A stretch of DNA of 61,627 nt from Bacteroidales bacterium (GCA_045112395.1 JBGUHW010000218.1:1-61627); one strand, 5' to 3'; counted from the stretch's first letter, positions 10,795 through 21,159 are shown. The notes: generated from the letters alone by a model not told the origin. Made by a program: numbers and translations.

Positions 10795-11062
10795 GCTGGC
10801 GCCAGTTTGAATGTTTCACGTTTCAGGTTTCTGGTTTTAATGGCTACGCCGTTTCTGTGGCTGACGCTGTTTCTGTGGCTACGCCATTTCTAAGTTTCAA
10901 GTTTCATGGGCGAATGCCCGTTTCTAGGTTTCAGGTTTGGCTTACGCCGAGCTAAAGGTTAACTTAGTTGAGGACTTCGCCGCTCAATGGCTACCGCCGT
11001 TTGAATGTTTCAGGTATGCGTATAACCAGAAACTTGAAACCAGAAACCTTGAAACAAGAAAC
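10794..11062. repeat. Inverted GTTTC...GAAAC repeat array with mini-hairpins between convergent genes
   Basis: Left arm GTTTC units with GGCTACGCC, GGCTTACGCC and similar; right arm CAGAAAC TTGAAAC CAGAAAC. Confidence 0.85.
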
Positions 11063-11067
11063 TTTCC

Positions 11068-11610
11068 TCACTCAAACATTTTCAACATTCCGATTGCATC
11101 GGCGTTGCCCTGCGCTGCCGACTTATGCCAAAGCTCCATAGCCTTTTCAAAATTGCGCTCAACGCCATGCCCGTTGTAATAGCAGATTCCCAAATCATAC
11201 TGCGCCGACATATTTCCCTGATCGGCAGATAATTTCCACCATCGTGCAGCCTCATCGTAATTTTTTTTCACAGCCTCGCCCTCGTAATAGCAGGCTCCCA
11301 TCCTATTCTGCGCCTCTGCATGACCTTTTTCGGCACATTGAAGCCACAAATCGACAGCCGCACCCACATTCCGTTCTACGCCCTGACCATAATAATAGCA
11401 GTTTGCCAAGGCATACATCGCCAAAACATTTCCTGCATCAGCCGACTTGCGATAAAACGGAACCGCTTTCTTAAAGTTTTGTTCGGAATAAAATTGTTCA
11501 GCCTTGTCGAAATCTGCATCCCCAGACTGAGCATACGACACCACTGCAAACATGACAAAAATTGCCGTCAATACCAATCTTACAAAACTACTTGCCTTCA
11601 TATATTCCAT
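11068..11610 (-). CDS. Sel1-repeat (TPR-like) exported protein
   Basis: Repeats A-x-Y-x-LG-x-CYY-x-G-x-GV, KSADQG; signal peptide; start may be 11601. Confidence 0.9.
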   Translation of the reverse strand: MEYMKASSFVRLVLTAIFVMFAVVSYAQSGDADFDKAEQFYSEQNFKKAVPFYRKSADAGNVLAMYALANCYYYGQGVERNVGAAVDLWLQCAEKGHAEAQNRMGACYYEGEAVKKNYDEAARWWKLSADQGNMSAQYDLGICYYNGHGVERNFEKAMELWHKSAAQGNADAIGMLKMFE

Positions 11611-12673
11611 ACAATACTTTCTGTTCGTTTTCCCAATTCAAAACCTTTGAAGCCTCAATGCAATTATTATGATACTCAATTAATTTTGCATCATTAAACA
11701 GCATATTCTTAACTAATACAGCAAGATTTTCTGCATCGTGACCAGCAAAAATTTCGCCAACAGCATATCTTTCAACAACCGCACGCATCTCGGGAAAATC
11801 GGAGCAAACAACTGGAGTTCCCGCTTGGATATAGTCGAATATTTTATTCGGAAGAGCATACTTATAGTTTAGACTTTCGCCCTGCTCCACCGAAAAGCCG
11901 ATTTTTGCCTGAGATGTAAGTTTGTGCAACTCATCAAAGCGAAGATTTCCTGTAAAGACAACCCTATCTGTTAGATTCAAATTTGCAGTCAACTTTTTCA
12001 ACTCCGAATCCATATAGCCTTTGCCAGCAATATATAGCTTATAATCAGGAATATGCTTCATCATTTCTATCAGCAACTCAATACCACGCCCCATATTTAG
12101 CGCACCCTGATACAGAAGGATGTTTTCGCGTCCCTCGTAAGAATGCATTACCTTTGATGTCGGCAAATTGCGTACAACCTTCATGCCGAGACCATACTTT
12201 TCATTGTAATACTTTGCAATAGAATTACATACGGTATATGTTGCAATTGGACGATGAACGCAATGCCTTTCTATCCACAGCCACACCTTTTTCTTAAAGC
12301 CAGAATTCAGAAGTTCGGGAACTTCGGTAAAAAGTTCGTGAGTATCGTAATACAGATTCTTTCTTTTTAGTTTGGAAATCAGCGCATTTGCAAACAAAGT
12401 ATCAAGGTCGTTTGACAGAAGTGCATCGCAACGATGAAATAGCAGATATAAAAAGATCCTTAGATTGAAACACGCATAAAAAAGAAATCCCTTGTTTATC
12501 AGCAGACGGAAACGTATGACCATGTATCGGCGAGATTCCAATTCGGCAGAAGATTTCAGCCTTCTGCACAACACGACCACATCGAACCCCATGTCGCACA
12601 ATGTGTTGCAAACGCGATTCACGCGTTGATCGTTGGTCATGTCGTTTGTTACCGATACAAAAATTCGTTTCAC
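11588..12673 (-). CDS. Glycosyltransferase family 4
   Basis: YYDTHE, LYQGAL, LPNKIFDYIQAGTPVV; GTG start. Confidence 0.88.
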   Translation of the reverse strand: MKRIFVSVTNDMTNDQRVNRVCNTLCDMGFDVVVLCRRLKSSAELESRRYMVIRFRLLINKGFLFYACFNLRIFLYLLFHRCDALLSNDLDTLFANALISKLKRKNLYYDTHELFTEVPELLNSGFKKKVWLWIERHCVHRPIATYTVCNSIAKYYNEKYGLGMKVVRNLPTSKVMHSYEGRENILLYQGALNMGRGIELLIEMMKHIPDYKLYIAGKGYMDSELKKLTANLNLTDRVVFTGNLRFDELHKLTSQAKIGFSVEQGESLNYKYALPNKIFDYIQAGTPVVCSDFPEMRAVVERYAVGEIFAGHDAENLAVLVKNMLFNDAKLIEYHNNCIEASKVLNWENEQKVLYGIYEGK

Positions 12674-12728
12674 CGCCGTAAAAATTTACGACAAAGTTAA
12701 GAATTATTTTGCAACGATAAGCAGAAGT

Positions 12729-13343
12729 CTAATTCTTCGGCTTTTCCTCCAAAATATAATATCTTGAAATTTTAGGATTATTTAAAATATCCGATGGATA
12801 AATAACCTTTTCATCGGCTAACGGAAACTTGTGGCAACGACCTTGAGCCACATCGATGCCCTGACTTTCGAACGACAACTGAATAAGTTGTGAGCAGTAC
12901 AACTTCGTTGTGTCGGTAAGAAGATAATCGTTGTCGAACAGTATTTTCTTTTTCCACCACCTTATGGCTTCTTGCGCAACCTTTTCGAGGACTTCCGGTG
13001 TGGTGTCGTAACGCGCAAAGCAACCTGCGCAAGCCCTATCGGGAGCAAAGAACAAGTCCAAGTCATCCATCTTCAGGTACTGAATTCCACCAGTTTCATT
13101 TTCTTCACCGGGAACTGCATGAACAATCTTCCACTTGCCCTCATATTTCACGAGCATTCCGGAATGGGAATAAATTCCGTTCTTATCGGCAATTTCCACG
13201 ACATAACTCGACACACTCGTACCCCCACGAAAGGCAATGTCACCTTCCTGAAGTTTGGATTCGTCAATAAAAAATTCTGCACCGGATTGACATCCGATGC
13301 AGAAAATTAATTGTACTAAAATTACTATTACTGTTTTGTTCAT
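12729..13343 (-). CDS. Permuted NlpC/P60 (YiiX/YebB-like) papain-like lipoprotein
   Basis: GDIAFR, YSHSG (His), LYCSQL (Cys) in permuted order; lipobox IGC. Confidence 0.82.
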   Translation of the reverse strand: MNKTVIVILVQLIFCIGCQSGAEFFIDESKLQEGDIAFRGGTSVSSYVVEIADKNGIYSHSGMLVKYEGKWKIVHAVPGEENETGGIQYLKMDDLDLFFAPDRACAGCFARYDTTPEVLEKVAQEAIRWWKKKILFDNDYLLTDTTKLYCSQLIQLSFESQGIDVAQGRCHKFPLADEKVIYPSDILNNPKISRYYILEEKPKN

Positions 13344-13345
13344 CG

Positions 13346-13747
13346 TTATTTAACGAACCATACGTCACCAACCTTCTTCAAAGATTCGGTCTTTTCTTCA
13401 TTTTCACCGTTTCCGTAAGTAATAGTTACGTCTACTGTAGCTTCTTCACCTTCAATGCTTTCAGCACCAACTGTGAAATCCTTCATTCCACCCTTTTCAT
13501 TCATAGCTTCCTGAATCTTGCTTGCAGTCATATCAAGCATAGCGTCTACAGATTCCTTTTCTTCCTTTGACATTTCCTTGTTGTAGTCGTAAGTGCTCTG
13601 TACTGCGCCCTTGAAATCACCCTTCTTCAACAATTCATAATAAGCCTTTGTTGCTTCGGTTGGAGTTGCTGCGCCACCCTTCTTTGAACATGATGACATA
13701 CCAAATGCCATTGCAATAACTGCCAATACAATAACTAATTTCTTCAT
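13346..13747 (-). CDS. DUF4878-like lipoprotein (NTF2-like)
   Basis: Lipobox MSSC, PTEATKAYY, ATVDVTITYGNG, LKKVGDVW. Confidence 0.7.
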   Translation of the reverse strand: MKKLVIVLAVIAMAFGMSSCSKKGGAATPTEATKAYYELLKKGDFKGAVQSTYDYNKEMSKEEKESVDAMLDMTASKIQEAMNEKGGMKDFTVGAESIEGEEATVDVTITYGNGENEEKTESLKKVGDVWFVK

Positions 13748-13863
13748 ACTATTATGTTTTTTAAAAGTTAAAAATTATACTGCAAAATTAACACTTAGAT
13801 TTTACTAAGCCAAATAAATTCTAATGTTTTTTCAACAATAAAAGTTCACCAACAAAAACGACA

Positions 13864-13982
13864 CTAGAAATTCCGAAATATTAGAAACATAGAAAGCCAA
13901 AACCAACCATTTCAAATTTTCAAATCGTCAAATCTTTCAAATCAATTAAATCGTAAATCGTACTTCGTCAATCGTAAATAAT
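13864..13982. repeat. Right-arm repeat array (AGAAA, TTCAAAT, AAATCGT) abutting the sufB promoter
   Basis: Seen directly. Confidence 0.8.
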
Positions 13983-14019
13983 TTTGTATCTTTGCACTCC
14001 AATAAAACGAAACAATAAA

Positions 14020-15474
14020 ATGTCTGAAAACACACAGGACAAGGAACTTATAAAGGAAGTCACGCAATCGGAATACAAGTACGGATTCGTTTCCGACATC
14101 GAAGCCGACGAAATTCCCGTTGGTCTTAACGAAGAAACGGTACGACTGATATCCCAGAAGAAAGGTGAACCCGAATGGCTTCTCGAATTCCGACTCAACG
14201 CTTTTGAGAAGTGGAAAAACATGGAACAGCCCAACTGGGGACACCTCGACATTCCACCCATCGACTACCAGAGCATAATATACTACTCGGCACCTAAGCA
14301 GAAGAAAAAACTCAACTCGCTTGACGAAATCGATCCCGAAATCAAAAATACTTTCGACAGGCTCGGCATTCCGCTCGATGAACAGAAACGACTTTCGGGA
14401 GTTGCTTTCGATGCTGTTATGGACAGCGTTTCGGTAAAGACAACTTTCCAGGAACGTCTTGCCGAAGACGGTATCATCTTCTGCTCGTTCAGTGAGGCTG
14501 TGAAAAACCATCCCGACCTTGTGCGCAAATACATGGGCAAGGTTGTGCCATCGGGCGACAACTATTTTGCAGCCCTCAACTCGGCGGTGTTCAGCGACGG
14601 CTCATTCTGCTACATTCCCAAGGGAGTGCGCTGCCCTATCGAACTTTCGACCTATTTCCGCATAAACGCAAGCAACACTGGTCAGTTTGAACGCACACTG
14701 ATAGTAGCCGACGAAGGCGCGTATGTAAGCTACATGGAAGGCTGTACCGCACCACAGCGTGATGAAAATCAGTTGCACGCCGCAATAGTGGAAATTATTG
14801 CCGAAAACGATGCCGAAGTCAAGTACTCGACCGTACAGAACTGGTATCCAGGAAACAAGGAAGGCAAAGGCGGAATCTACAACTTTGTAACCAAGCGCGG
14901 ACTTTGCAACGGAAAGAACTCAAAAATCAGCTGGGCCCAGGTAGAAACCGGTTCGGCAATCACATGGAAATACCCGAGCACAGTGCTCAAAGGCGACAAC
15001 TCGGTATCGGAATTCTACTCGGTAGCCGTTACAAACAACTTCCAGCAGGCAGACACAGGCTCAAAGATGATTCACATCGGCAAGAATACCAGCAGTACAA
15101 TAGTATCTAAAGGTATCTCGGCAGGACGAAGCCAGAACTCGTACCGCGGTATGGTGATGATTGGCAAGAACGCCGACAATGCGCGTAATTTCTCGCAGTG
15201 CGACTCGTTGCTCATGGGCGACAAGTGTGGAGCTCACACCTTCCCCACCCTCGATGTGAACAACGAAACGGCAGTGGTCGAGCACGAAGCTACGACATCG
15301 AAAATCAGCGAAGACCAGATTTTCTACTGCAACCAGCGCGGCATCTCAACCGAAACGGCTATCGGACTGATAGTAAACGGCTACGCCAAGGAAGTCATCA
15401 GCCGTCTGCCGATGGAGTTCGCCGTCGAAGCTCAGAAACTGCTACAAATAAGCTTGGAGGGTAGTGTCGGATAA
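14020..15474 (+). CDS. sufB: Fe-S cluster assembly protein SufB
   Basis: [43 protein letters not shown]; start moved to ATG 14020. Confidence 0.98.
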   Translation: MSENTQDKELIKEVTQSEYKYGFVSDIEADEIPVGLNEETVRLISQKKGEPEWLLEFRLNAFEKWKNMEQPNWGHLDIPPIDYQSIIYYSAPKQKKKLNSLDEIDPEIKNTFDRLGIPLDEQKRLSGVAFDAVMDSVSVKTTFQERLAEDGIIFCSFSEAVKNHPDLVRKYMGKVVPSGDNYFAALNSAVFSDGSFCYIPKGVRCPIELSTYFRINASNTGQFERTLIVADEGAYVSYMEGCTAPQRDENQLHAAIVEIIAENDAEVKYSTVQNWYPGNKEGKGGIYNFVTKRGLCNGKNSKISWAQVETGSAITWKYPSTVLKGDNSVSEFYSVAVTNNFQQADTGSKMIHIGKNTSSTIVSKGISAGRSQNSYRGMVMIGKNADNARNFSQCDSLLMGDKCGAHTFPTLDVNNETAVVEHEATTSKISEDQIFYCNQRGISTETAIGLIVNGYAKEVISRLPMEFAVEAQKLLQISLEGSVG

Positions 15475-15486
15475 TTACTTTAACCA

Positions 15487-15512
15487 GTCATGCTGAACTT
15501 GTTTCAGCATCT
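15487..15512 (+). repeat. GTCA-type REP palindrome
   Basis: GTCATGCTGAACTTGTTTCAGCATCT; relatives at 9037 and 61289. Confidence 0.8.
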
Positions 15513-15525
15513 GTAACGAACAATA

Positions 15526-16107
15526 ATGGAAAGACAAAACGACATACTACCACTTCTCACAGTCAAGTACTTCGATGTGAAGGCTACGACGAACTACCTG
15601 CTGGCAAACAGGCAGCTGATTGGTAGTTTTGTCGCCTTTTCTCTCGAAAACGAGCCTTTCTCGTGGCGGGCAAGCTGGGTTCTGTGCAAATATGCAGAAC
15701 GAAATGCCGCCGACATACAGCCATACGCACAAATGCTCATCGACAACCTACCCAACATCGCAAAGCCAGGACACCGTCGCGAAACTCTGAAAATACTCTC
15801 GCACCTGCAACTCGACGAAAGACAAAGCTGCGATGTAATGGATTTCTGCTTCAACAGCATAAAGGACAACAAGTTGCAGGCATCGGTCCGCTCTGCCGCC
15901 TACGACATGCTCATGAAAATCGGAGAGCAATACCCCGAAATCAGATCGGAAGCCATAGCAATCTTCGACGATACCAAGGACTACTATCCTCACGGAATCC
16001 GCAAATCGATAGAGGCAAGGACGATGCACGCATCGTCACAAGCAAAAGTAAAGATGTTGCGTGCAACATCTCATAGTAAAACCGAAAAAATCATATCACT
16101 ATGCTAA
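15526..16107 (+). CDS. Hypothetical helical (HEAT/ARM-like) protein between sufB and sufC
   Basis: 193-aa ORF with host-like codon use, WRASWVL motif; 3' end contains two REPs. Confidence 0.7.
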   Translation: MERQNDILPLLTVKYFDVKATTNYLLANRQLIGSFVAFSLENEPFSWRASWVLCKYAERNAADIQPYAQMLIDNLPNIAKPGHRRETLKILSHLQLDERQSCDVMDFCFNSIKDNKLQASVRSAAYDMLMKIGEQYPEIRSEAIAIFDDTKDYYPHGIRKSIEARTMHASSQAKVKMLRATSHSKTEKIISLC

Positions 16108-16853
16108 CTATAAAGAACCTACACGCCGAAATCAACGGCAAAGAAATACTCAAAGGCATAAACCTCGAAATAAAGGCCGGCGAAGTCCACGCCATAATGG
16201 GACCCAACGGCTCTGGAAAATCGACCTTGTCGGCTGTCCTCACAGGAAACGAGAACTACAAGGTTACCGAAGGCGAAGTTATCTTCAAAGGACGCAACCT
16301 ACTCGAAATGAGCGTAGAACAACGCGCAAAGGAAGGCATCTTCCTAAGTTTCCAGTACCCGGTTGAAATCCCAGGCGTAAGCATGATAAACTTCATAAAG
16401 ACCGCCATCAACGAGCAGCGCAAATACCGCGGTTTGCCCGAATTGACTGCATCGGAATTTCTGAAATACACCCGCGAGATGAAAGAGTTCGTAGAACTGA
16501 AGGACGACCTTGCAAACCGTCAGGTAAATGTTGGATTCTCGGGTGGTGAAAAGAAACGCAACGAAATCTTCCAGATGGCAATGCTCCGCCCATGCCTCTC
16601 TATTCTCGATGAAACAGACTCAGGTCTTGATATCGATGCTCTCAGAATAGTTGCTAACGGAGTAAACAAGCTCAAAACTCCCGAAACATCGTGCATAGTT
16701 ATCACCCACTACCAGAGGCTTCTAGACTTTATCGTACCCGATGTGGTTCATATCCTCTACAACGGACGCATCGTGAAGACTGCCGGCAAGGAACTGGCTC
16801 TCGAACTCGAGGAAAAGGGATATGGTTGGATTAAGGAACAGCTCGGAGAATAA
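16101..16853 (+). CDS. sufC: Fe-S cluster assembly ATPase SufC
   Basis: GPNGSGKST, FQYPVEIPGV, GFSGGEKKRNE, LDETDSGLD. Confidence 0.98.
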   Translation: MLTIKNLHAEINGKEILKGINLEIKAGEVHAIMGPNGSGKSTLSAVLTGNENYKVTEGEVIFKGRNLLEMSVEQRAKEGIFLSFQYPVEIPGVSMINFIKTAINEQRKYRGLPELTASEFLKYTREMKEFVELKDDLANRQVNVGFSGGEKKRNEIFQMAMLRPCLSILDETDSGLDIDALRIVANGVNKLKTPETSCIVITHYQRLLDFIVPDVVHILYNGRIVKTAGKELALELEEKGYGWIKEQLGE

Positions 16854-16857
16854 AATC

Positions 16858-18210
16858 ATGGACATCAAGAAAAAATACATAGACATTTTTGAAAGTTGCG
16901 CCGAACAGTTCCGCAAGTCCGACACCGATTTCGTGTTCGCGAAGCGCAACGAAGCTTTTAATGCGTTCAAAAGCTACGGACTTCCTACTGCCAAGACAGA
17001 AAACTACCGCAACCTCAATGTCAACGACATTTTCAGCACCGAGTTCGGAAGCATAATGCAGGCAAAGACCAACATCGACCTAAACGAATATTTCAAGTGC
17101 GAAGTCGAAAACATGGATGCTGATGTAATACTGCTGTCGAACGGCAAGTATTACGACAACAACAAGGCTGTGGACGGTAAAATTATTATCTGCAGCATGA
17201 AGGAGGCACAGCAGAAGCACCGCGACATTTTCGAGAAATACTACAACCGAAGCGCATCTACTTTCGGCGACGGATTCGTGAACCTCAGCACCATGCTTGC
17301 CGACGACGGACTTTTCGTATATGTTCCAAAGAACACCCACGCCGAAAAGACCTTGCAGATAATAAACCTCACACACGGCTTCGGCAACAAGAACATAATC
17401 AAGCGCAACCTGATTGTACTGGACGAAAATTCGTCGCTATCGGTAGTTGTCTGCGACCATACTCTCAACAGCAGCAGCAACTTCGTGATTGACACTACCG
17501 AATCGTTTGTCGGCAACGGATCGAAGCTTACGCACTACACTCTGCAGAACGAACCAGACAAGTCGAGCCTCGTCAGCAGCCACCTTGCCGAAATTGGCGA
17601 AAATGCAAATGTTGAGTCGTTTGTACTCACACTTCACGGCGGAATCGTACGCAACAACCTGCGCGTTCGTCTAAACGGCGAGCATTCCGATGCAAATTTG
17701 CTCGGGCTTTACCTCATCGACCGCCAGCAATATGTTGACAACTATACGCTTATCGAGCATCTTGTTCCAAATTGCAACAGCAACGAGCTTTACAAGGGCA
17801 TACTCGACGAGCAAGCACGCGGTTCTTTTATGGGAAAAATCATCGTCCACGAAGGCGCGCAGAAGACGGCTGCCTACCAGACCAACCGCAACCTCTGCCT
17901 CACTGGCGAAGCCCGCATGACCACCAAGCCGCAGTTGGAAATCTATGCCGACGATGTTCAGTGTAGCCACGGAGCAACCGTTGGTCAGCTCGATGAAGAA
18001 GCATTGTTCTACCTTCGTCAGCGCGGAATTAGCATCAAGGAAGCAAAGCTGATGCTTATGTTCGCCTTTGCCAACGACATTCTGTTGAACATGCACATCG
18101 AACCGCTCAAGGAACGCATTTCGGCTATGATAAACTCACGTCTGCGTGGTGAACTTACCGAATGCAGCAACTGTCTGCTCAACTGCGAAGGCGGCAACTG
18201 CAAAGCATAA
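16858..18210 (+). CDS. sufD: Fe-S cluster assembly protein SufD
   Basis: KPQLEIYADDVQCSHGATVG, LFYLRQRGI; start moved to ATG 16858. Confidence 0.95.
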   Translation: MDIKKKYIDIFESCAEQFRKSDTDFVFAKRNEAFNAFKSYGLPTAKTENYRNLNVNDIFSTEFGSIMQAKTNIDLNEYFKCEVENMDADVILLSNGKYYDNNKAVDGKIIICSMKEAQQKHRDIFEKYYNRSASTFGDGFVNLSTMLADDGLFVYVPKNTHAEKTLQIINLTHGFGNKNIIKRNLIVLDENSSLSVVVCDHTLNSSSNFVIDTTESFVGNGSKLTHYTLQNEPDKSSLVSSHLAEIGENANVESFVLTLHGGIVRNNLRVRLNGEHSDANLLGLYLIDRQQYVDNYTLIEHLVPNCNSNELYKGILDEQARGSFMGKIIVHEGAQKTAAYQTNRNLCLTGEARMTTKPQLEIYADDVQCSHGATVGQLDEEALFYLRQRGISIKEAKLMLMFAFANDILLNMHIEPLKERISAMINSRLRGELTECSNCLLNCEGGNCKA

Positions 18211-18222
18211 TACATTACAAAC

Positions 18223-18255
18223 AAAAAAACGCTTCGGAAACCCGAGGCGTTTTTT
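18223..18255. terminator. Bidirectional intrinsic terminator
   Basis: AAAAAAACGCTTCGG-AAAC-CCGAGGCGTTTTTT between convergent genes. Confidence 0.8.
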
Positions 18256-18259
18256 ATAG

Positions 18260-19354
18260 TTATTCACCCAATACCGCCACTCTCGGCCAAACATCTCCAT
18301 CAAGTCCCGACAGGAACTTCAACTGAATAGGAAGCAGTATGTTGCCTATGCGTTGTATTTTGGTAGGCTCTTCTGCTGGAACTTCGTATGATTTCAAGCA
18401 ATGCAAATCGTCGGCGGAAAGTGCATAATAGCAAAGTTTGTCGCCGGATGAAACGCTTACTGTCCAGTCGTGGAAGTTGCCAATTATCATCATTCCATCG
18501 GTTTCGGGATTAAAATCGGGAAGTTCTGCTTTCTGAAATCCATAATTCTTGGCATCGAGCATCCAGAAACGATTTTCAGTGTCGCTAATGAATGCCAAGG
18601 ATCGCTGATTGCGGAATTCGGTGACAAAAATGTGCTTGGGAACAATGCCCTCCGGCAACTCGATAGGTCGCAAATAAGGTCGACCGCGTTGCATTTTCAG
18701 GTGGAAAAGCTTGTCGTTTGAATCGGTGATAAGATAGCCATTGTCGTATTCCTTCTTTGTGGTCGGATTTCCCGAAATTATGTGCGCAGGAAAGGCAAAA
18801 CCTTTCTGCACAAACATTTTAGTGAACAAATCGGATTTTGCCTCGTTAACCGAATTTGTTGCCATATCGACAAATTCGATGGCATTTCCCGTAATGCGAA
18901 ACACATCTGTCGGCATTTCCAAATCAACACGCCCGGACATTGATTCCATCAGCGGATAAAGTGCAATTTCCCTCTTGTTCACAGCAGCAGGAACAGTCTT
19001 GAATGTAAAGTTCTCGTTCTGTATGAATTTCGCACTCACTGGTCGTCCATACAGGGTGTCGGGCAATTTCTCATTCACAATCAACTGCTTGCAGTAGAAA
19101 GTCGGCAGCATTTCGTAAAACTGCGCCTCGGTGTACTCGTTGGTGTGCGAATCGTAGTAATGTTTTCCTGTATCTTCGTTCTTGAACATTGCAAAGTCAT
19201 CAATGGTAGCGCTGTACAAGGTGAATGGAGGTTTCTCGGAAGTGTCGGATGCAAAATGGAAAGCCCAAGTAAGAATCCACACGACAAGAAAAGCGCATAC
19301 GCATACAAAAAATGTGCGTCCAACAATCACTAAAAGTTTCTCTATCTTGTTCAT
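18260..19354 (-). CDS. DUF4857 family protein
   Basis: PFTLYS, LYPLMESMSGRVDLEMP, GNPTTKKEYDNGY; N-terminal membrane anchor. Confidence 0.75.
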   Translation of the reverse strand: MNKIEKLLVIVGRTFFVCVCAFLVVWILTWAFHFASDTSEKPPFTLYSATIDDFAMFKNEDTGKHYYDSHTNEYTEAQFYEMLPTFYCKQLIVNEKLPDTLYGRPVSAKFIQNENFTFKTVPAAVNKREIALYPLMESMSGRVDLEMPTDVFRITGNAIEFVDMATNSVNEAKSDLFTKMFVQKGFAFPAHIISGNPTTKKEYDNGYLITDSNDKLFHLKMQRGRPYLRPIELPEGIVPKHIFVTEFRNQRSLAFISDTENRFWMLDAKNYGFQKAELPDFNPETDGMMIIGNFHDWTVSVSSGDKLCYYALSADDLHCLKSYEVPAEEPTKIQRIGNILLPIQLKFLSGLDGDVWPRVAVLGE

Positions 19355-19356
19355 AA

Positions 19357-20013
19357 CTATTCCTTTCCTTCCTTAAAACGAACAACCGACAAAAGTGGCA
19401 ATGCCAAACTCACTACGACAAGCACCGTCAGCCACGGCAACAGCCTATTGTATGCTTCGGGCGCTGGCGACATATAGAAAACTCGCAGGCAGGCAATGGA
19501 AATCAAGATGTTGAGAATCCGTCTGCGCCAAACCGGTTCAAGGCAAATCCAAGCCACCAGTATGTATGCCGACAAACCTGCCAGATACCACGGCAAGGCG
19601 GTCAAAACAATGTGCCAGACTATTTCATCGGCAAAAAAAGTCTGCAAGCCCAGCAGAAGCATAACCAGATTGCCGCAGAACAGTAATGCAAGGCATCCGA
19701 AGCCAAACAGAAGCATCTCCATCACCGAGCGCACATATCCGCGTGGCAAGTGCATTGTAAGTTTCAGCCGCTTATGAACCAGTTCAGGTACAAACTGAAC
19801 CACCGCAGCCACAATCCCTACCAAAAGCGGAACATACCGTAGCATATCAATGAAAATGGCATCGCGAAACATCGCAACCTCCCACAGATGGGCGGCACCT
19901 TTCAGCGACACCAGCCTATTGATGTTCAAAAGCACATATCCGCAAAGTGCAAAAGTTGTCAGCAATGCAACCGCATAAAACCAACGAGTTTTTATCCATT
20001 CCTTATAAAGCAT
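19357..20013 (-). CDS. ABC-2-type membrane protein
   Basis: MLYKEWIKTRW start, QFVPE..KRLKLTMHLP, about 6 TM segments; upstream ORF extension is repeat-derived. Confidence 0.75.
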   Translation of the reverse strand: MLYKEWIKTRWFYAVALLTTFALCGYVLLNINRLVSLKGAAHLWEVAMFRDAIFIDMLRYVPLLVGIVAAVVQFVPELVHKRLKLTMHLPRGYVRSVMEMLLFGFGCLALLFCGNLVMLLLGLQTFFADEIVWHIVLTALPWYLAGLSAYILVAWICLEPVWRRRILNILISIACLRVFYMSPAPEAYNRLLPWLTVLVVVSLALPLLSVVRFKEGKE

Positions 20014-20027
20014 AGCGAGATTTATTA

Positions 20028-20135
20028 TTTGATGATTTGAAAATTCGAAAATTTGATGATTAGATTTGTAGAGACGTGCCATGGCGCGTCGCCACAAATT
20101 ATCAATTGTACATTGTCAATTGTCCATTATCAATT
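20028..20135. repeat. Octamer arm + GTAG REP + TTRTCAA heptamer arm
   Basis: TTTGATGA TTTGAAAA TTCGAAAA TTTGATGA; GTAGAGACGTGCCATGGCGCGTCGCCAC; TTATCAA TTGTACA TTGTCAA TTGTCCA TTATCAA. Confidence 0.85.
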
Positions 20136-20137
20136 CT

Positions 20138-21013
20138 TTAATATTTCCCTGTCAACCCAATAAACGCATCCTCCAAATTTACCTTCTGTGATGAAAAATC
20201 CTCGAAAGCAACACCATTTGCCACCAACCGCGATTTCAGTTCGTCGGCATCCATGAACGAGCCAAGTTCGACATTGCCACGGATTACCGTAGGATGATAT
20301 ACATCCGCCATTGGGGGCAAGGTGCTATTTCCCGCCAACTTGAAGTTATACTGACGATATTTGCCAAGCAACTCGTCAACTGGCATCTGCAAGATAATCT
20401 TGCCATAGTCCATCATTATACAGTCGTCGATGAGACGCTCCATATCCTGTATGATGTGCGAAGTCAGGAAAACGGTCTTTCCAGACGATTTAACAAAGTC
20501 GCGAAGGTAGTCGATGAACAGACGGCGGTATCCGGGGTCAAGTCCGAGCGAAAAGTCGTCAAGTATCAGCAACTTGGGATTCTGCGCCATCAAAAGTCCG
20601 AGTGCCACCTGAGACCGCTGTCCGCACGACATTCGCGAAATGCGCTGGTTTGGTGCAACTTTCAGCATCGACATCAGGTCGTAATACACATTCTTGTCCC
20701 ATTGCGGATAGAATCGAGCATAAAAGCGTTCTATCTGGCGGATAGTCATGAAACTGTACTGAATATGTCCTTCGATGAGCAGACCGATGTCGCGACGAAG
20801 TTCGGGATTCATACCAATTATGTTCTGCCCGAAAATACGACATTCTCCGCTACGGGGCTTCAGAAAACCGCTTAGAATGTTGATGGTCGTGGTCTTGCCG
20901 GTTCCGTTCTTGCCCAAAAGTCCAAGTATGCGACCTTGTGGCACGGAAAAGCTAAGGTTTTCGTATATACACCTTTTGCCGTAGTAATGGGTTAGGTTAA
21001 TGCAATCAATCAT
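20138..21013 (-). CDS. ABC transporter ATP-binding protein (atypical motifs)
   Basis: GKNGTGKTT; signature MSCGQ; Walker B LILDDF. Confidence 0.9.
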   Translation of the reverse strand: MIDCINLTHYYGKRCIYENLSFSVPQGRILGLLGKNGTGKTTTINILSGFLKPRSGECRIFGQNIIGMNPELRRDIGLLIEGHIQYSFMTIRQIERFYARFYPQWDKNVYYDLMSMLKVAPNQRISRMSCGQRSQVALGLLMAQNPKLLILDDFSLGLDPGYRRLFIDYLRDFVKSSGKTVFLTSHIIQDMERLIDDCIMMDYGKIILQMPVDELLGKYRQYNFKLAGNSTLPPMADVYHPTVIRGNVELGSFMDADELKSRLVANGVAFEDFSSQKVNLEDAFIGLTGKY

Positions 21014-21017
21014 AAAA

Positions 21018-21159
21018 TGTTTCTGGTTTCTGTGGGCTACGCCCGTTTCAATGTTTCAGGTTTCTAGGTTTCAATGGCTTCGCCGTTTCTAGGTTCGGGG
21101 CTCACAGGCTTGCTGGCTTACAGACTTTTGGACTGTTAGCCCGTGAGCCTTTTAGCCTT
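21018..21159. repeat. GTTTC/mini-hairpin arm followed by octamer element
   Basis: GTTTCTG GTTTCTG GGGCTACGCCC ... ACAGGCTT GCTGGCTT ACAGACTT ... TGTTAGCC CGTGAGCC TTTTAGCC. Confidence 0.85.

Noticed and set aside
8864-11062. CRISPR array
   Set aside because: No constant 23-47 bp repeat with unique equal-length spacers; no cas genes
10937-11179. 80-aa ORF
   Set aside because: Translation of repeat DNA (LETRNLETRN) overlapping the Sel1 gene in antisense
20014-20097. N-terminal extension of the membrane protein
   Set aside because: Derived from REP and octamer repeats; ATG 20013 fits better
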